Source: a virus | Taxonomy: Duplodnaviria > Caudoviricetes | IMG/VR virus record: IMGVR_UViG_3300021085_000031 | Coordinates: 1-60,532 of that record | Direction: 5' to 3' (one strand) | DNA: 60,532 nucleotides | Shown: positions 18,174-26,544 of the stretch, in pieces | Layout: every line of letters begins with the position of its first letter | Numbering within the stretch: the first letter of the stretch is position 1 | Translations under genes and position numbers: made by a program | Notes under the pieces: model-generated | Seen by the model: only the letters and a program-made list of their open reading frames with translations | What the model was told of the DNA's origin: nothing | The model's database searches: none

Positions 18174-18198
18174 GTACTTATATAGTCTGGAGATGAAG

Positions 18199-18498
18199 AT
18201 GCAAACCTTCCACGGTTCAATGAAATATGACATGCATGGGCGGAAACGCAAGACTAATGCATGGAAGAAGACCCCTAAACGCAAACCCGAATTTAAACCC
18301 CTTGAGAACTATTCTATTGGTCAGGCTGGTAGTGACCATCGTGAGAAGTATCCCTCTGTGTCTGACATGGGATATGTCCCTCAGAAAGATAACTCTTACA
18401 AACTAGAGGAATCCAAGAAATTCACTGTCGCACCCGCATACAATAAGGGCGCCTACCAAGTCATCCCTCGTGGTGACGTTAAACATATAGGTAAATGA
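18199..18498 (+). CDS. Hypothetical basic protein
   Basis: GGAG RBS; C-terminal TVAPAYNKGAYQVI motif familiar from T4-like phage hypotheticals. Confidence 0.7.
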   Translation: MQTFHGSMKYDMHGRKRKTNAWKKTPKRKPEFKPLENYSIGQAGSDHREKYPSVSDMGYVPQKDNSYKLEESKKFTVAPAYNKGAYQVIPRGDVKHIGK

Positions 18499-18668
18499 GT
18501 ATGGAATTAACAACCCCCGATAATCGTACAGACTTTGACGCATTCTGTCAAGACATGTATCAAGAGAACTGCGTTGAACGGGATGCATATAACGAACCCC
18601 TGTTGACATATAACCAGTATGTTGAAAAGAATCGTAAATTTCTGCTTGCCAAATATAGTCTAATGTAG
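18495..18668 (+). CDS. Small hypothetical protein (57 aa), not in ORF track
   Basis: ATGA overlap; MSMELTTPDNRTDFDAFCQDMYQENCVERDAYNEP...KYSLM*. Confidence 0.6.
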   Translation: MSMELTTPDNRTDFDAFCQDMYQENCVERDAYNEPLLTYNQYVEKNRKFLLAKYSLM

Positions 18669-18674
18669 TATAAT
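18646..18674 (+). promoter_or_regulatory. sigma70-type early promoter
   Basis: TTGCCA-17 bp-TATAAT. Confidence 0.7.
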
Positions 18675-18706
18675 ACTTGTATTGATAATGAGAAAGGTAA
18701 TTGATT

Positions 18707-18925
18707 ATGTCTGAAGTAACTTATGTTGTCCGTTGTGCCGAAACCGAGAAACCCCTTGCTGGTTTCTTTACTCCCTGTTATGACCGTCAAAAGGCGTTCA
18801 TATACCAATCACAACTAGAGAACTATGGGTATGAGAATACCTTTGTTGTTGCTCGTAAAGAGAGTACCGAGGTTACTGGTATGTATCAGGAACGTGAAAT
18901 CTTCAATACGGAGGTATACGTATGA
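18707..18925 (+). CDS. Hypothetical protein
   Basis: GAAAGG RBS; downstream of promoter. Confidence 0.6.
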   Translation: MSEVTYVVRCAETEKPLAGFFTPCYDRQKAFIYQSQLENYGYENTFVVARKESTEVTGMYQEREIFNTEVYV

Positions 18926-19170
18926 TTACATTTGCAACCCAAGAACGGATTGACGTTCTTACCGAGAAGTTTGAGATACTTACTGAGGGTATGGAAAACT
19001 GGAAGATGCCGATTGATACGGTAATTCCAATCCGTGACCTAAATGATTATCGTGACGCATGTGAGTGGTTTACTGGTTCAACACTCTATGTTGTTAAACA
19101 AGTGAATGAACCAAACTTTGGAGACATGCGTGTAAAAGCGGATGGTTATTATAATGCAATCGGAAGCTAG
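18922..19170 (+). CDS. Hypothetical protein
   Basis: GGAGG RBS, ATGA overlap; NWKMPI...ACEWFTG...ADGYY. Confidence 0.7.
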   Translation: MITFATQERIDVLTEKFEILTEGMENWKMPIDTVIPIRDLNDYRDACEWFTGSTLYVVKQVNEPNFGDMRVKADGYYNAIGS

Positions 19171-19189
19171 AGTAATGAAAGGCGGGTGT

Positions 19190-19435
19190 ATGGTTGAGAA
19201 AACCGATATGCCTGACGTGGACGGGTATCAACTCGTCTACAAATTTGATAATGGTTATGGCGCATCTGTAGTCAAACACGACTTCTCTTACGGAGGTAAG
19301 AAAGGTCTATATGAACTTGCTGTGCTTGACAATGAAGGTGCGTTGTGTTATACTACACCCATAACTGAAGATGTTGTCGGTCACCTAACAATGGGTGAAG
19401 TCGATAAACTTCTTGTGGAGATATCACACCTATGA
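19190..19435 (+). CDS. Hypothetical phage protein
   Basis: YKFDNGYGASVV...SYGG..GLYELAVL...YTTPITEDVVGHL. Confidence 0.75.
   Translation: MVEKTDMPDVDGYQLVYKFDNGYGASVVKHDFSYGGKKGLYELAVLDNEGALCYTTPITEDVVGHLTMGEVDKLLVEISHL
19326..19354 (+). promoter_or_regulatory. sigma70-type promoter upstream of the DNA glycosylase
   Basis: TTGACA-17 bp-TATACT with extended -10 TG. Confidence 0.65.
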
Positions 19436-19989
19436 ACATATTTCATTTAGACAATGACCCTATTGTTGCCGCACAGATGATGTGTGACAAGCATGTGGTC
19501 AAGATGGTCACTGAGTACGGTCAGATGCTGTCTACTGCACATCGTGTACTAGACGGTGAGTTGTACACAGACAAGACCAAGAATGGTCGTAACATCAAAC
19601 GATGGAGACTGAAACAACCTGCCCGTCAAAACGATTTGTACAAAGCATCTCATGTCAATCACCCGTCCAATATCTGGACTCGTGAGAACGAGGAGAACTA
19701 CCGATGGTTGTTCAAACACTTCCAAGCAACTGCAAAGGAGTATGAGAAACGATACGGCCGTGTTCATGCTACCTATGATAAGTTAGGTGGTTACCTGTGG
19801 TTTGCACCACATAATATTAACCGATTCGGAAGACTTACCAAATTCGCACAAGCAATGCCTGAGTATTGCAAACGTGAAGACCCTGTAGAAGCATATCGCT
19901 ACTACTATATTAATGAAAAGAAAGACTTTGCGAAATGGACTAACCGTGCAATGCCATGGTGGTATCAACAAGCAGTCGGAGGATTTTAA
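19432..19989 (+). CDS. Pyrimidine-dimer DNA glycosylase family protein
   Basis: MNIFHLD.DP..AA...CDKHVVKM..E..QMLSTAH, H.NHP, EY..RYG..H, QAMP, AYR.YY. Confidence 0.8.
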   Translation: MNIFHLDNDPIVAAQMMCDKHVVKMVTEYGQMLSTAHRVLDGELYTDKTKNGRNIKRWRLKQPARQNDLYKASHVNHPSNIWTRENEENYRWLFKHFQATAKEYEKRYGRVHATYDKLGGYLWFAPHNINRFGRLTKFAQAMPEYCKREDPVEAYRYYYINEKKDFAKWTNRAMPWWYQQAVGGF

Positions 19990-20175
19990 ATGAAGAAAGT
20001 TTTATGGGGACGGGTGTATTGTTTTAGTAACCAGTGGACATGGGAACGAACTATATATCTTACTCCATCAATTAGTTTGGACTTCAACGAAGGTTGGTGT
20101 TTAGACATATCGTTCTTGATATTTAAGTTTTATACATATCAAGATTATACAAGTGAGTTAAAAAATGGAGACTGA
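19990..20175 (+). CDS. Hypothetical protein
   Basis: GGAGG RBS, 61 aa, fills the operon gap. Confidence 0.5.
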   Translation: MKKVLWGRVYCFSNQWTWERTIYLTPSISLDFNEGWCLDISFLIFKFYTYQDYTSELKNGD

Positions 20176-20431
20176 AATGACTTATGAAGAAATCGTTAAC
20201 ACCTTACGTGAAGGTGTAGTAAACTTGTCGTTCACTAAAGTGAAGGATGGTGCAGTTCGTGAAATGAAAGCGACACTGGTATCTGATATGATTCCAGAAG
20301 ATAAAATGCCTAAGACAGATGCAAACGCAAATACTGAGAAGAACCAACTTGCGGTTCGTGTATTTGATTTGGATTTGAATGATTGGCGTTCATTCCGTGT
20401 CGATTCGCTCTTGACTTTTTCCGCAGTTTAA
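20165..20431 (+). CDS. SH3/Sm-like beta-barrel protein (WYL_2-like)
   Basis: FTKVKDGAVREMKATL...VFDLD..DWRSFR. Confidence 0.75.
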   Translation: METEMTYEEIVNTLREGVVNLSFTKVKDGAVREMKATLVSDMIPEDKMPKTDANANTEKNQLAVRVFDLDLNDWRSFRVDSLLTFSAV

Positions 20432-20439
20432 TATATACT
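20411..20439 (+). promoter_or_regulatory. sigma70-type promoter
   Basis: TTGACT-17 bp-TATACT. Confidence 0.6.
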
Positions 20440-20448
20440 ATATAATAT

Positions 20449-21081
20449 ATGGTCAAGAAACTAACAGCAGCGCAGAAAGCCAAGAAGACTAGGGAAGCGA
20501 ATAAGAAACGTGCCCTTGAAGAACTCGGTTACGAACGTAAGAAACCCAAACGCACACGCAAACCTATGTCGGAAGCACAGAAGGCTGCAGCGGTTGAACG
20601 TCTTGCGAAAGCACGTGAAGCTAGAGGTGCAGACGGTAGTAAGTCTGTCCATAAGGACATTCGAGATTTACCTGAAGACCATTTTATACATTGGAAGAAA
20701 GTCAAAGTTTGGTTAAAGTCTAACCAAGAACAACTAAAGGGAATGCGAGCATGGAAGAATTCCAAGGTCGCTAAGGAGCGTGCTGAATACATTGACCTTG
20801 AAGTTTACATCTCTAACATGAAGAAGTATCTGAGTGGTGGAGTGTGGATGGACTTTCGTTATGGTGAACAACGTGAAGGACGTGTACAAAAAGTGTGTGT
20901 CGCTATGGCATATCACGATGACGGGACACCCAAGAGACAATATGGAACTTGGTATCCCGACATTGTACAGGTCTGGACACGTGAACTGGAAGAAGAGTTT
21001 AAACAAGACCCTGAGTACGCTAATCAATTCAATAGTCAACTTAGAGTCAAATCAAATGATGAGGTTGATGATGAAAGTTGA
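20449..21081 (+). CDS. Hypothetical protein, basic N-terminus
   Basis: RKPMSEAQKAAAVERLAKARE; 210-aa ORF directly before gp33. Confidence 0.75.
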   Translation: MVKKLTAAQKAKKTREANKKRALEELGYERKKPKRTRKPMSEAQKAAAVERLAKAREARGADGSKSVHKDIRDLPEDHFIHWKKVKVWLKSNQEQLKGMRAWKNSKVAKERAEYIDLEVYISNMKKYLSGGVWMDFRYGEQREGRVQKVCVAMAYHDDGTPKRQYGTWYPDIVQVWTRELEEEFKQDPEYANQFNSQLRVKSNDEVDDES

Positions 21082-21343
21082 TTTTCAAATGGGTGGGGTG
21101 GATTCGTCTTCGGAAGAATCTAACTTCATGAACAAAAAGAAATTCACCAAGATGGTGGAGGACTGTGTAAGAACAAAGTCTATGACATACATGGACACGG
21201 TTGTTTATCTGTGTGAACAGAACAACCTAGAGATTGAGGATGTGAAAAAATATATTTCACCCTCAGTAAAAGAGAAGATTGAGTTTGAAGCAATGAAACT
21301 TAATTTCCTCGAAAAGAGTGAAAGTTTACCAAATACTAAATAA
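21068..21343 (+). CDS. gp33: Late-transcription co-activator gp33
   Basis: F...VE..V.....YMD.V...CE.N.LEIE.V.K.IS..VKEKIE.EA..LNFL; position upstream of gp32. Confidence 0.85.
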   Translation: MMKVDFQMGGVDSSSEESNFMNKKKFTKMVEDCVRTKSMTYMDTVVYLCEQNNLEIEDVKKYISPSVKEKIEFEAMKLNFLEKSESLPNTK

Positions 21344-21348
21344 AGGTA

Positions 21349-21378
21349 TTGACTTTCTATACTACGTTATGATACAAT
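21349..21378 (+). promoter_or_regulatory. sigma70-type promoter for gp32
   Basis: TTGACT-18 bp-TACAAT. Confidence 0.55.
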
Positions 21379-21425
21379 GAATACTCATAATACAACTAAT
21401 ACGCAAATATACGGAGAATACAAAT

Positions 21426-22349
21426 ATGTCTTTTGCAAATTTAAAATCTAATTCCCTAGACGTTTCTAAGTTGGCAGCAGCCGCTCAGGAAGTTTCAGGG
21501 GTAACTCAATCCAAAAACAAATACGAAGACCTTCGATTCTGGAAACCTACTGTTGATGACAATGGTAATGGTTTTGCACAGATTCGTTTTCTTCCTGCCG
21601 CTGAAGGTCAAGAACTACCGTGGGTACGTTACTTCGACCATTTCTTCAAAGGCCCTACTGGTCAATGGTATGTTGAGAAGTCTTTGACTACTCTTAACAA
21701 CAATGACCCAGTAAGTGAATACAATTCACGACTCTGGAACAGTGGTATTGATGAAGATAAAGAGACCGCACGTAAACAGAAGCGTAGACTTCATTATGTC
21801 GCAAATATCATGGTGGTAAGTGACCCAACTAATCCTGCTAACGAAGGTAAAGTATTCCTTTACGACTTCGGTAAGAAAATCTTTGACAAGATTATGGATG
21901 TGATGCAACCACAATTTCCTGGCGAAACTCCAGTAAATCCATTCGACTTCTGGTTGGGTGCAGATTTCCAACTGAAGATTCGTAATGTTGCGGGATACCG
22001 TAACTATGATAAGTCGGAGTTCAAGTCCACTTCTGCATTGCTTGATGCTGATGAGACTAAACTCGAAGCAACATATAATCAGTTACATGATATGTCTGAG
22101 TTTGTTGCACCGACTTCATACAAATCATATGATGAGTTGAAGGCACGTCTTGAGGTAGTATTAGGTCAGTCAACTGGCGCTGGTGCAACTGTCAAGAACG
22201 ACATGTTGACTCAAACTGCTGAGTCTACACCAATCAAATCTGCGGAACCTGTAGTAGTGTCTAACACTGCACCAGAACCAACGATTGCAGCTGCGGGTGG
22301 TGAAGATGACACATTGTCATACTTTGCGAAACTTGCTGCTGAAGACTAA
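21426..22349 (+). CDS. gp32: Single-stranded DNA-binding protein gp32
   Basis: MSFANLK, FWKP..D..GNG.A.IRFLP, NEGKVFLY.FGKKIFDK, NYDKSEF, acidic C-terminus. Confidence 0.97.
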   Translation: MSFANLKSNSLDVSKLAAAAQEVSGVTQSKNKYEDLRFWKPTVDDNGNGFAQIRFLPAAEGQELPWVRYFDHFFKGPTGQWYVEKSLTTLNNNDPVSEYNSRLWNSGIDEDKETARKQKRRLHYVANIMVVSDPTNPANEGKVFLYDFGKKIFDKIMDVMQPQFPGETPVNPFDFWLGADFQLKIRNVAGYRNYDKSEFKSTSALLDADETKLEATYNQLHDMSEFVAPTSYKSYDELKARLEVVLGQSTGAGATVKNDMLTQTAESTPIKSAEPVVVSNTAPEPTIAAAGGEDDTLSYFAKLAAED

Positions 22350-22370
22350 ACGTATACTAGTTACGTTGGA

Positions 22371-22398
22371 AAGGGGAGACTTCGGTCTCCCTTTTTTT
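22371..22398. terminator. Bidirectional intrinsic terminator
   Basis: GGGAGAC-TTCG-GTCTCCC followed by a T-run, between convergent gp32 and tape-measure genes; C(UUCG)G tetraloop. Confidence 0.9.
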
Positions 22399-24322
22399 AT
22401 GGTGCGGTTTTGTCTAGTTGGTCAGTAGCGGGTTCTGGAGAAGCAACCATTGCACTACTGTTGTTGTTTGTTGTGGTTGCCTTACTAGATGCATCAATAG
22501 CGACAACACCACCAGTACCACTATTTTGATTTGCTTGTGCTTGTGCGGGGGCCATTGCAGCATTCCTTGGTGCAGCGAATCCTAACGCCTGATTGACTTC
22601 AGTCATCTTTGCAGAGACTTCTGGAACCTTTAGGTCTGGATGGAGAATACCTTTACCAAAATCAATTTCTTTATCAAATTTACCAACTCCCGCATCTTGG
22701 AAACTTACTTTACCACCATTTGCAAGACCATCTAACAATGCGGGTAGATGTCCAAAGTTCTGTAACATACCTTCAATGTCTACATTGCCAGCACCGATAT
22801 TAATGTTAGACATTCGTTCAAGTGCCTTGACCATTCGTGCAATACCGCTCGCAGCCTTATCAATCTCAACCTGTCTGTCTGCAATACTCAACATCTGTTC
22901 GATGGGTGATTCACCACCTCTAATGAAGTTCAGAATACCAGTAGCTGCATTTGCAAGAGACGAGACCAGATTACCACCAGCGAATAATGCAAGACCAGTA
23001 CTCAGAGATGTCATTGCAGCTTTTACTTTACCCGCTCTAACATCAACATCTGCATTTTCTCCACTACCAATTGATAATAGAGTTTCTACTTGTTTCTTAG
23101 TATTATCCGCAAAGTCATCTTTTGAAAAGAAGTCACCGAGTGCTTTAATTACTTGACCACCACCAAAGACGGCAAGTCCAGCACCTAATCCTGCTAACGC
23201 AAGTGCAACCCCACCAGATTCGGCCAACAAACCAAGAGTGCCTTCATTTACACTTTCGGGTATACTTAACAATGTAAGTACTTGGTCTTTTACTTTTTGT
23301 GCATCAAAACCTACTAATTGTGAGACACCAGCAATACCACTACCTAGACCAAAGGCAGCGAGACCCGCTCCCAGTAAAGTCATAGCAGGTGCAAATCCAA
23401 CTAACCATGCGGCATCACCAACACTACCCACGTGTTCACCAATGGATAATAATGTACCAACTTGCTCTTTTACTTTTTGTGCATCAAAATCTATTAATTG
23501 TGATACGCCAGCAACCCCAGTACCAATACCGAATGCGGCAAGACCAACACCTATTGCCATCATTGCGGGTTTAAATAATGCAAGTGTTACAAGTTTAGCA
23601 CCGTCTAGTGATTCACCGATACTCAATAAGGTTAGAACATTTTTCTTTGTGGTGTCTGCCCAGTTACCTTGGTCAAATTTATCCAATACGCCTTGGGTCA
23701 TGCCAGCGATACCACCACCCGCAGAGAAGAATACTAGACCAGTTGCAATTTGTTTCATTGCAGTAGGGAACGCAATGAGAGTGGCAAGCTTTGCCACGTT
23801 CATCTCATCACCGATACTCAGTAGACTCAGAACATTCTTTTTGACCTTCTCACCATCAATCAGACCAGAAGACATAAGACCCGCAGTAGCAACAATCGCA
23901 AGAATACCGACACCAGCACCCTTCGCAAGACTACCGAGCATACCACCGAATCCCTTGACTTTCTTGCCAAGAGAACTCATGAGATTACTAGGAGCGTCTT
24001 TTACTCTCTTGAGAGAGTCTTTTATTGATGATGGGAGATTTCCGAGTTTCTTAAAGATTGCATTTCTTTCTTTCTTCTCTTCGTTATCATCACCCTTTGC
24101 ATTTTCTTTAGCTTTCTTATCCTTTTCGAAATGCATTGCATCTTGTTCTAGAATATCGTTAAGGATATTGTGAGTACCTTCAGCAATCTCTATGTGTTGG
24201 GCTCGATGATTCTCTGATTCGGCATGATTCTCATTCATCTCGTTAATCAGTTTTCTCAGAAGATTCTTTTGCGAATCACTGTCTCTACCAGCCCCTTTTG
24301 CGGGATGCATTTCTTCGGCCAT
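22397..24322 (-). CDS. Tape-measure / baseplate hub protein (gp29-like)
   Basis: 641 aa, Ala/Gly-rich amphipathic; repeated K.NV/QV.TLLSIG units; downstream of gp26/gp51-like genes. Confidence 0.7.
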   Translation of the reverse strand: MAEEMHPAKGAGRDSDSQKNLLRKLINEMNENHAESENHRAQHIEIAEGTHNILNDILEQDAMHFEKDKKAKENAKGDDNEEKKERNAIFKKLGNLPSSIKDSLKRVKDAPSNLMSSLGKKVKGFGGMLGSLAKGAGVGILAIVATAGLMSSGLIDGEKVKKNVLSLLSIGDEMNVAKLATLIAFPTAMKQIATGLVFFSAGGGIAGMTQGVLDKFDQGNWADTTKKNVLTLLSIGESLDGAKLVTLALFKPAMMAIGVGLAAFGIGTGVAGVSQLIDFDAQKVKEQVGTLLSIGEHVGSVGDAAWLVGFAPAMTLLGAGLAAFGLGSGIAGVSQLVGFDAQKVKDQVLTLLSIPESVNEGTLGLLAESGGVALALAGLGAGLAVFGGGQVIKALGDFFSKDDFADNTKKQVETLLSIGSGENADVDVRAGKVKAAMTSLSTGLALFAGGNLVSSLANAATGILNFIRGGESPIEQMLSIADRQVEIDKAASGIARMVKALERMSNINIGAGNVDIEGMLQNFGHLPALLDGLANGGKVSFQDAGVGKFDKEIDFGKGILHPDLKVPEVSAKMTEVNQALGFAAPRNAAMAPAQAQANQNSGTGGVVAIDASSKATTTNNNSSAMVASPEPATDQLDKTAP

Positions 24323-24517
24323 TTATCTACCCTGTTGTTGCCTATGTTTGTCGTTCTCTTCCTTTATATGTTCTGTGAGAAGAGTGACATATACCTCCCT
24401 TTCCCACGGCATCATCATTTCAAGTTCAGTCAAACTATAATGATGATGTTGCATTAACGAAAAATTAGTTTCATAAAAATTTATGAGACTATCATGGGAA
24501 AGGTTTACTAAAAAAAA
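24323..24517 (-). CDS. gp51: gp51-like baseplate hub assembly domain (-1 frame of gp26), not in ORF track
   Basis: FFLVNLSHDSLINFYETNFSLMQHHHYSLTELEMMMPWEREVYVTLL...QGR*; first ATG only at 24454; frame opens at the T8 run. Confidence 0.8.
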   Translation of the reverse strand, partial: FFLVNLSHDSLINFYETNFSLMQHHHYSLTELEMMMPWEREVYVTLLTEHIKEENDKHRQQQGR

Positions 24518-25209
24518 TCAGTAAAACCCGATAACGTAGTCTTGTTATGTGTTCCACATTCCCTACAATCGAACTCAACGTCTTGGGTCAAAGTCGGAAT
24601 TGTTGCGACAAATTCACTGACTTTCTTAAACTGTTCACCAGTCATAGAGTCAACAAAGTCTCTCAAGTCATCCTTTGACACATCGTTTGCGTTGATGTTC
24701 TCATCTTCGGTTAAAATATTCTTGATACTATAAACGATTAGTTCAATCAATTGTTCTGTTTGTGATAGTCCTTCTTTCATGTTCATAAGAACATCTGCGG
24801 ATGGGTAACCCATTTCCACAAAGACTTCTTCCTGTAGGTCTATTGTCTCAGATGGATTGTCCATATTGAGTTCAATAGCTTCGAGGTCAACAGTAATCTC
24901 GTTTTTAGTATCACATTTTTGACAACCCATATTCAACTTACTACGTTCACCTACCGACTTACTGCGGAGTTTTGTGAACATATATTCCACATCAAATGTG
25001 GTAAGTTCTTTCTTGTCAATCTTATCATCGACACATACTTCAATTGTGTCAATGATTGCCTTCATAGCTTGAGTCGTATCTTGACTCTCAAATGCCATGA
25101 GAAGGACTTTCTCTTCTTTTACCAAATACGGACGGAATCTAACCATCTGTTGTTTAGAAGGAATCAACATCTCATATTTCGGATTCCCGTTTAGTTTAGG
25201 TAGTGCCAT
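24508..25209 (-). CDS. gp26: Baseplate hub assembly protein gp26
   Basis: MALPKL, RPYLVKEEKVLL, FDVEY.F.KLRSKSVGE, two CxxC motifs, ends GFTDFF*. Confidence 0.9.
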   Translation of the reverse strand: MALPKLNGNPKYEMLIPSKQQMVRFRPYLVKEEKVLLMAFESQDTTQAMKAIIDTIEVCVDDKIDKKELTTFDVEYMFTKLRSKSVGERSKLNMGCQKCDTKNEITVDLEAIELNMDNPSETIDLQEEVFVEMGYPSADVLMNMKEGLSQTEQLIELIVYSIKNILTEDENINANDVSKDDLRDFVDSMTGEQFKKVSEFVATIPTLTQDVEFDCRECGTHNKTTLSGFTDFF

Positions 25210-25230
25210 TATATTATTCTCCAAATAATC

Positions 25231-25929
25231 TTATAAAAATTTTCTAAGTAATTCGCCTGCAACACCTTGTACAAAACCAGTGTCTCTTGCGTCTCCACCT
25301 TTGGACTTCCAATTCTTGTATGACATTTGTACTGTCACCTCAAGTAATTGTCCGTCATCACTCAACTCAATTGCATTCAATGTTGTTGGGTAAGCCTTAT
25401 CTAGGACTAAAGTATAGGTGATATCATCACCGAATACCAAATTCAAGTCAAACTCGCCTTGTGCAAGGTCGAGTGGCCCTAGTCTGGGTAATCTACTTCT
25501 AAGAGAAGAAGGTATCTTACCCGCATCATATAATTTCTTTTTTGCGATAGGGAATGATGTTCCCTTCTTAATGTGTTGGATAATAACAGGATGTGTGTAA
25601 TCGTTAAAGTATCCAATCTCTTGGGTCTCTTGATTGACCGCAAGGTTTTGCCATGTCTCAAAATAGTTTCTTATTTTCATATCATTAAGACAATGGAAGG
25701 TCAGTGTAACATCATCGACAGCATACCCATATGCCATCTTGGTGGTATAAAGACCCATTTGTTTTTCTGTTGATAGAATCTGTCTGCCAGGCAAAGATGT
25801 TGCTTTGCATAACAAGTTCATTTCTCTTGCATCACCACCGATTGGGGGTAGGAAAATCTTGTACAGATTTCCCATTGCCATACCACCACCTTGTCCGACT
25901 TGTGATTTAAAATCGTCAATTGCTATCAT
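25231..25929 (-). CDS. gp54: Baseplate-tail tube initiator (gp54 / gp19-like fold)
   Basis: LLCKATSLPGR, FETWQN, AYPTTLNAIELS, VQMSYKNW. Confidence 0.7.
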   Translation of the reverse strand: MIAIDDFKSQVGQGGGMAMGNLYKIFLPPIGGDAREMNLLCKATSLPGRQILSTEKQMGLYTTKMAYGYAVDDVTLTFHCLNDMKIRNYFETWQNLAVNQETQEIGYFNDYTHPVIIQHIKKGTSFPIAKKKLYDAGKIPSSLRSRLPRLGPLDLAQGEFDLNLVFGDDITYTLVLDKAYPTTLNAIELSDDGQLLEVTVQMSYKNWKSKGGDARDTGFVQGVAGELLRKFL

Positions 25930-26540
25930 GAACGTCTACCTATAGCTTTTCGTGAATCTGCATAAACTTTCTTAGAGTTCGCTTTACGGAACTGTGCAGT
26001 CGGTAAGAAGGTTGCAATCTCCCATTCTGGCATGGGTACTTCTGCAAACTTACTTTTGACATGTTTAGTCAGATAGTGTTTAAAACAGGGTTCGTAGTAT
26101 TTCAACTTAGAGATTGCCTGTAACTTTTTGTAAGTAATCTGAAACTTTGCATTATCTGTCGCTTTCATATTTGCGGTTTCCATCAATGCATCTAACATTT
26201 TTGCACGTAAGATGGGTGGAAGGTAATGCAAGTTCAATCCATAGAATCCACCTTCCGCAGGCCCAATCACCACAATCAAAGGAAACAAATCATAATATGG
26301 AAGTGTCTCTTTGTGTTTGGGGTCATAGAAGAACATCTGCATTGTACCAACCAGTCCAGTTCTAGATAGGTTCTTTAGTGCAGACCTCTGTTTAAGAGGG
26401 TCTTCTTTAATCAACGCTTGACGATTGATAGACCTCATGTTCTTGGCTTTGTTCATAAACCATGCACGAGATTCATCCGTTCTTGGTGTAATACCAGCAC
26501 GGAATGCCTGTAGTTCTAGTCTGTTGAATATATTACTCAT
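25926..26540 (-). CDS. gp2: DNA end protector protein gp2
   Basis: FFYDPKHKETLPYYD.FPL, GLNLHYLPP..RA, EWE.A.FLPTAQF. Confidence 0.92.
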   Translation of the reverse strand: MSNIFNRLELQAFRAGITPRTDESRAWFMNKAKNMRSINRQALIKEDPLKQRSALKNLSRTGLVGTMQMFFYDPKHKETLPYYDLFPLIVVIGPAEGGFYGLNLHYLPPILRAKMLDALMETANMKATDNAKFQITYKKLQAISKLKYYEPCFKHYLTKHVKSKFAEVPMPEWEIATFLPTAQFRKANSKKVYADSRKAIGRRS

Positions 26541-26544
26541 GTCT

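Noticed and set aside
22593-24173. Long + strand ORFs of 187 and 311 aa
   Set aside because: Antisense shadows of the Ala/Gly-rich tape-measure gene; no RBS, motifs or promoter
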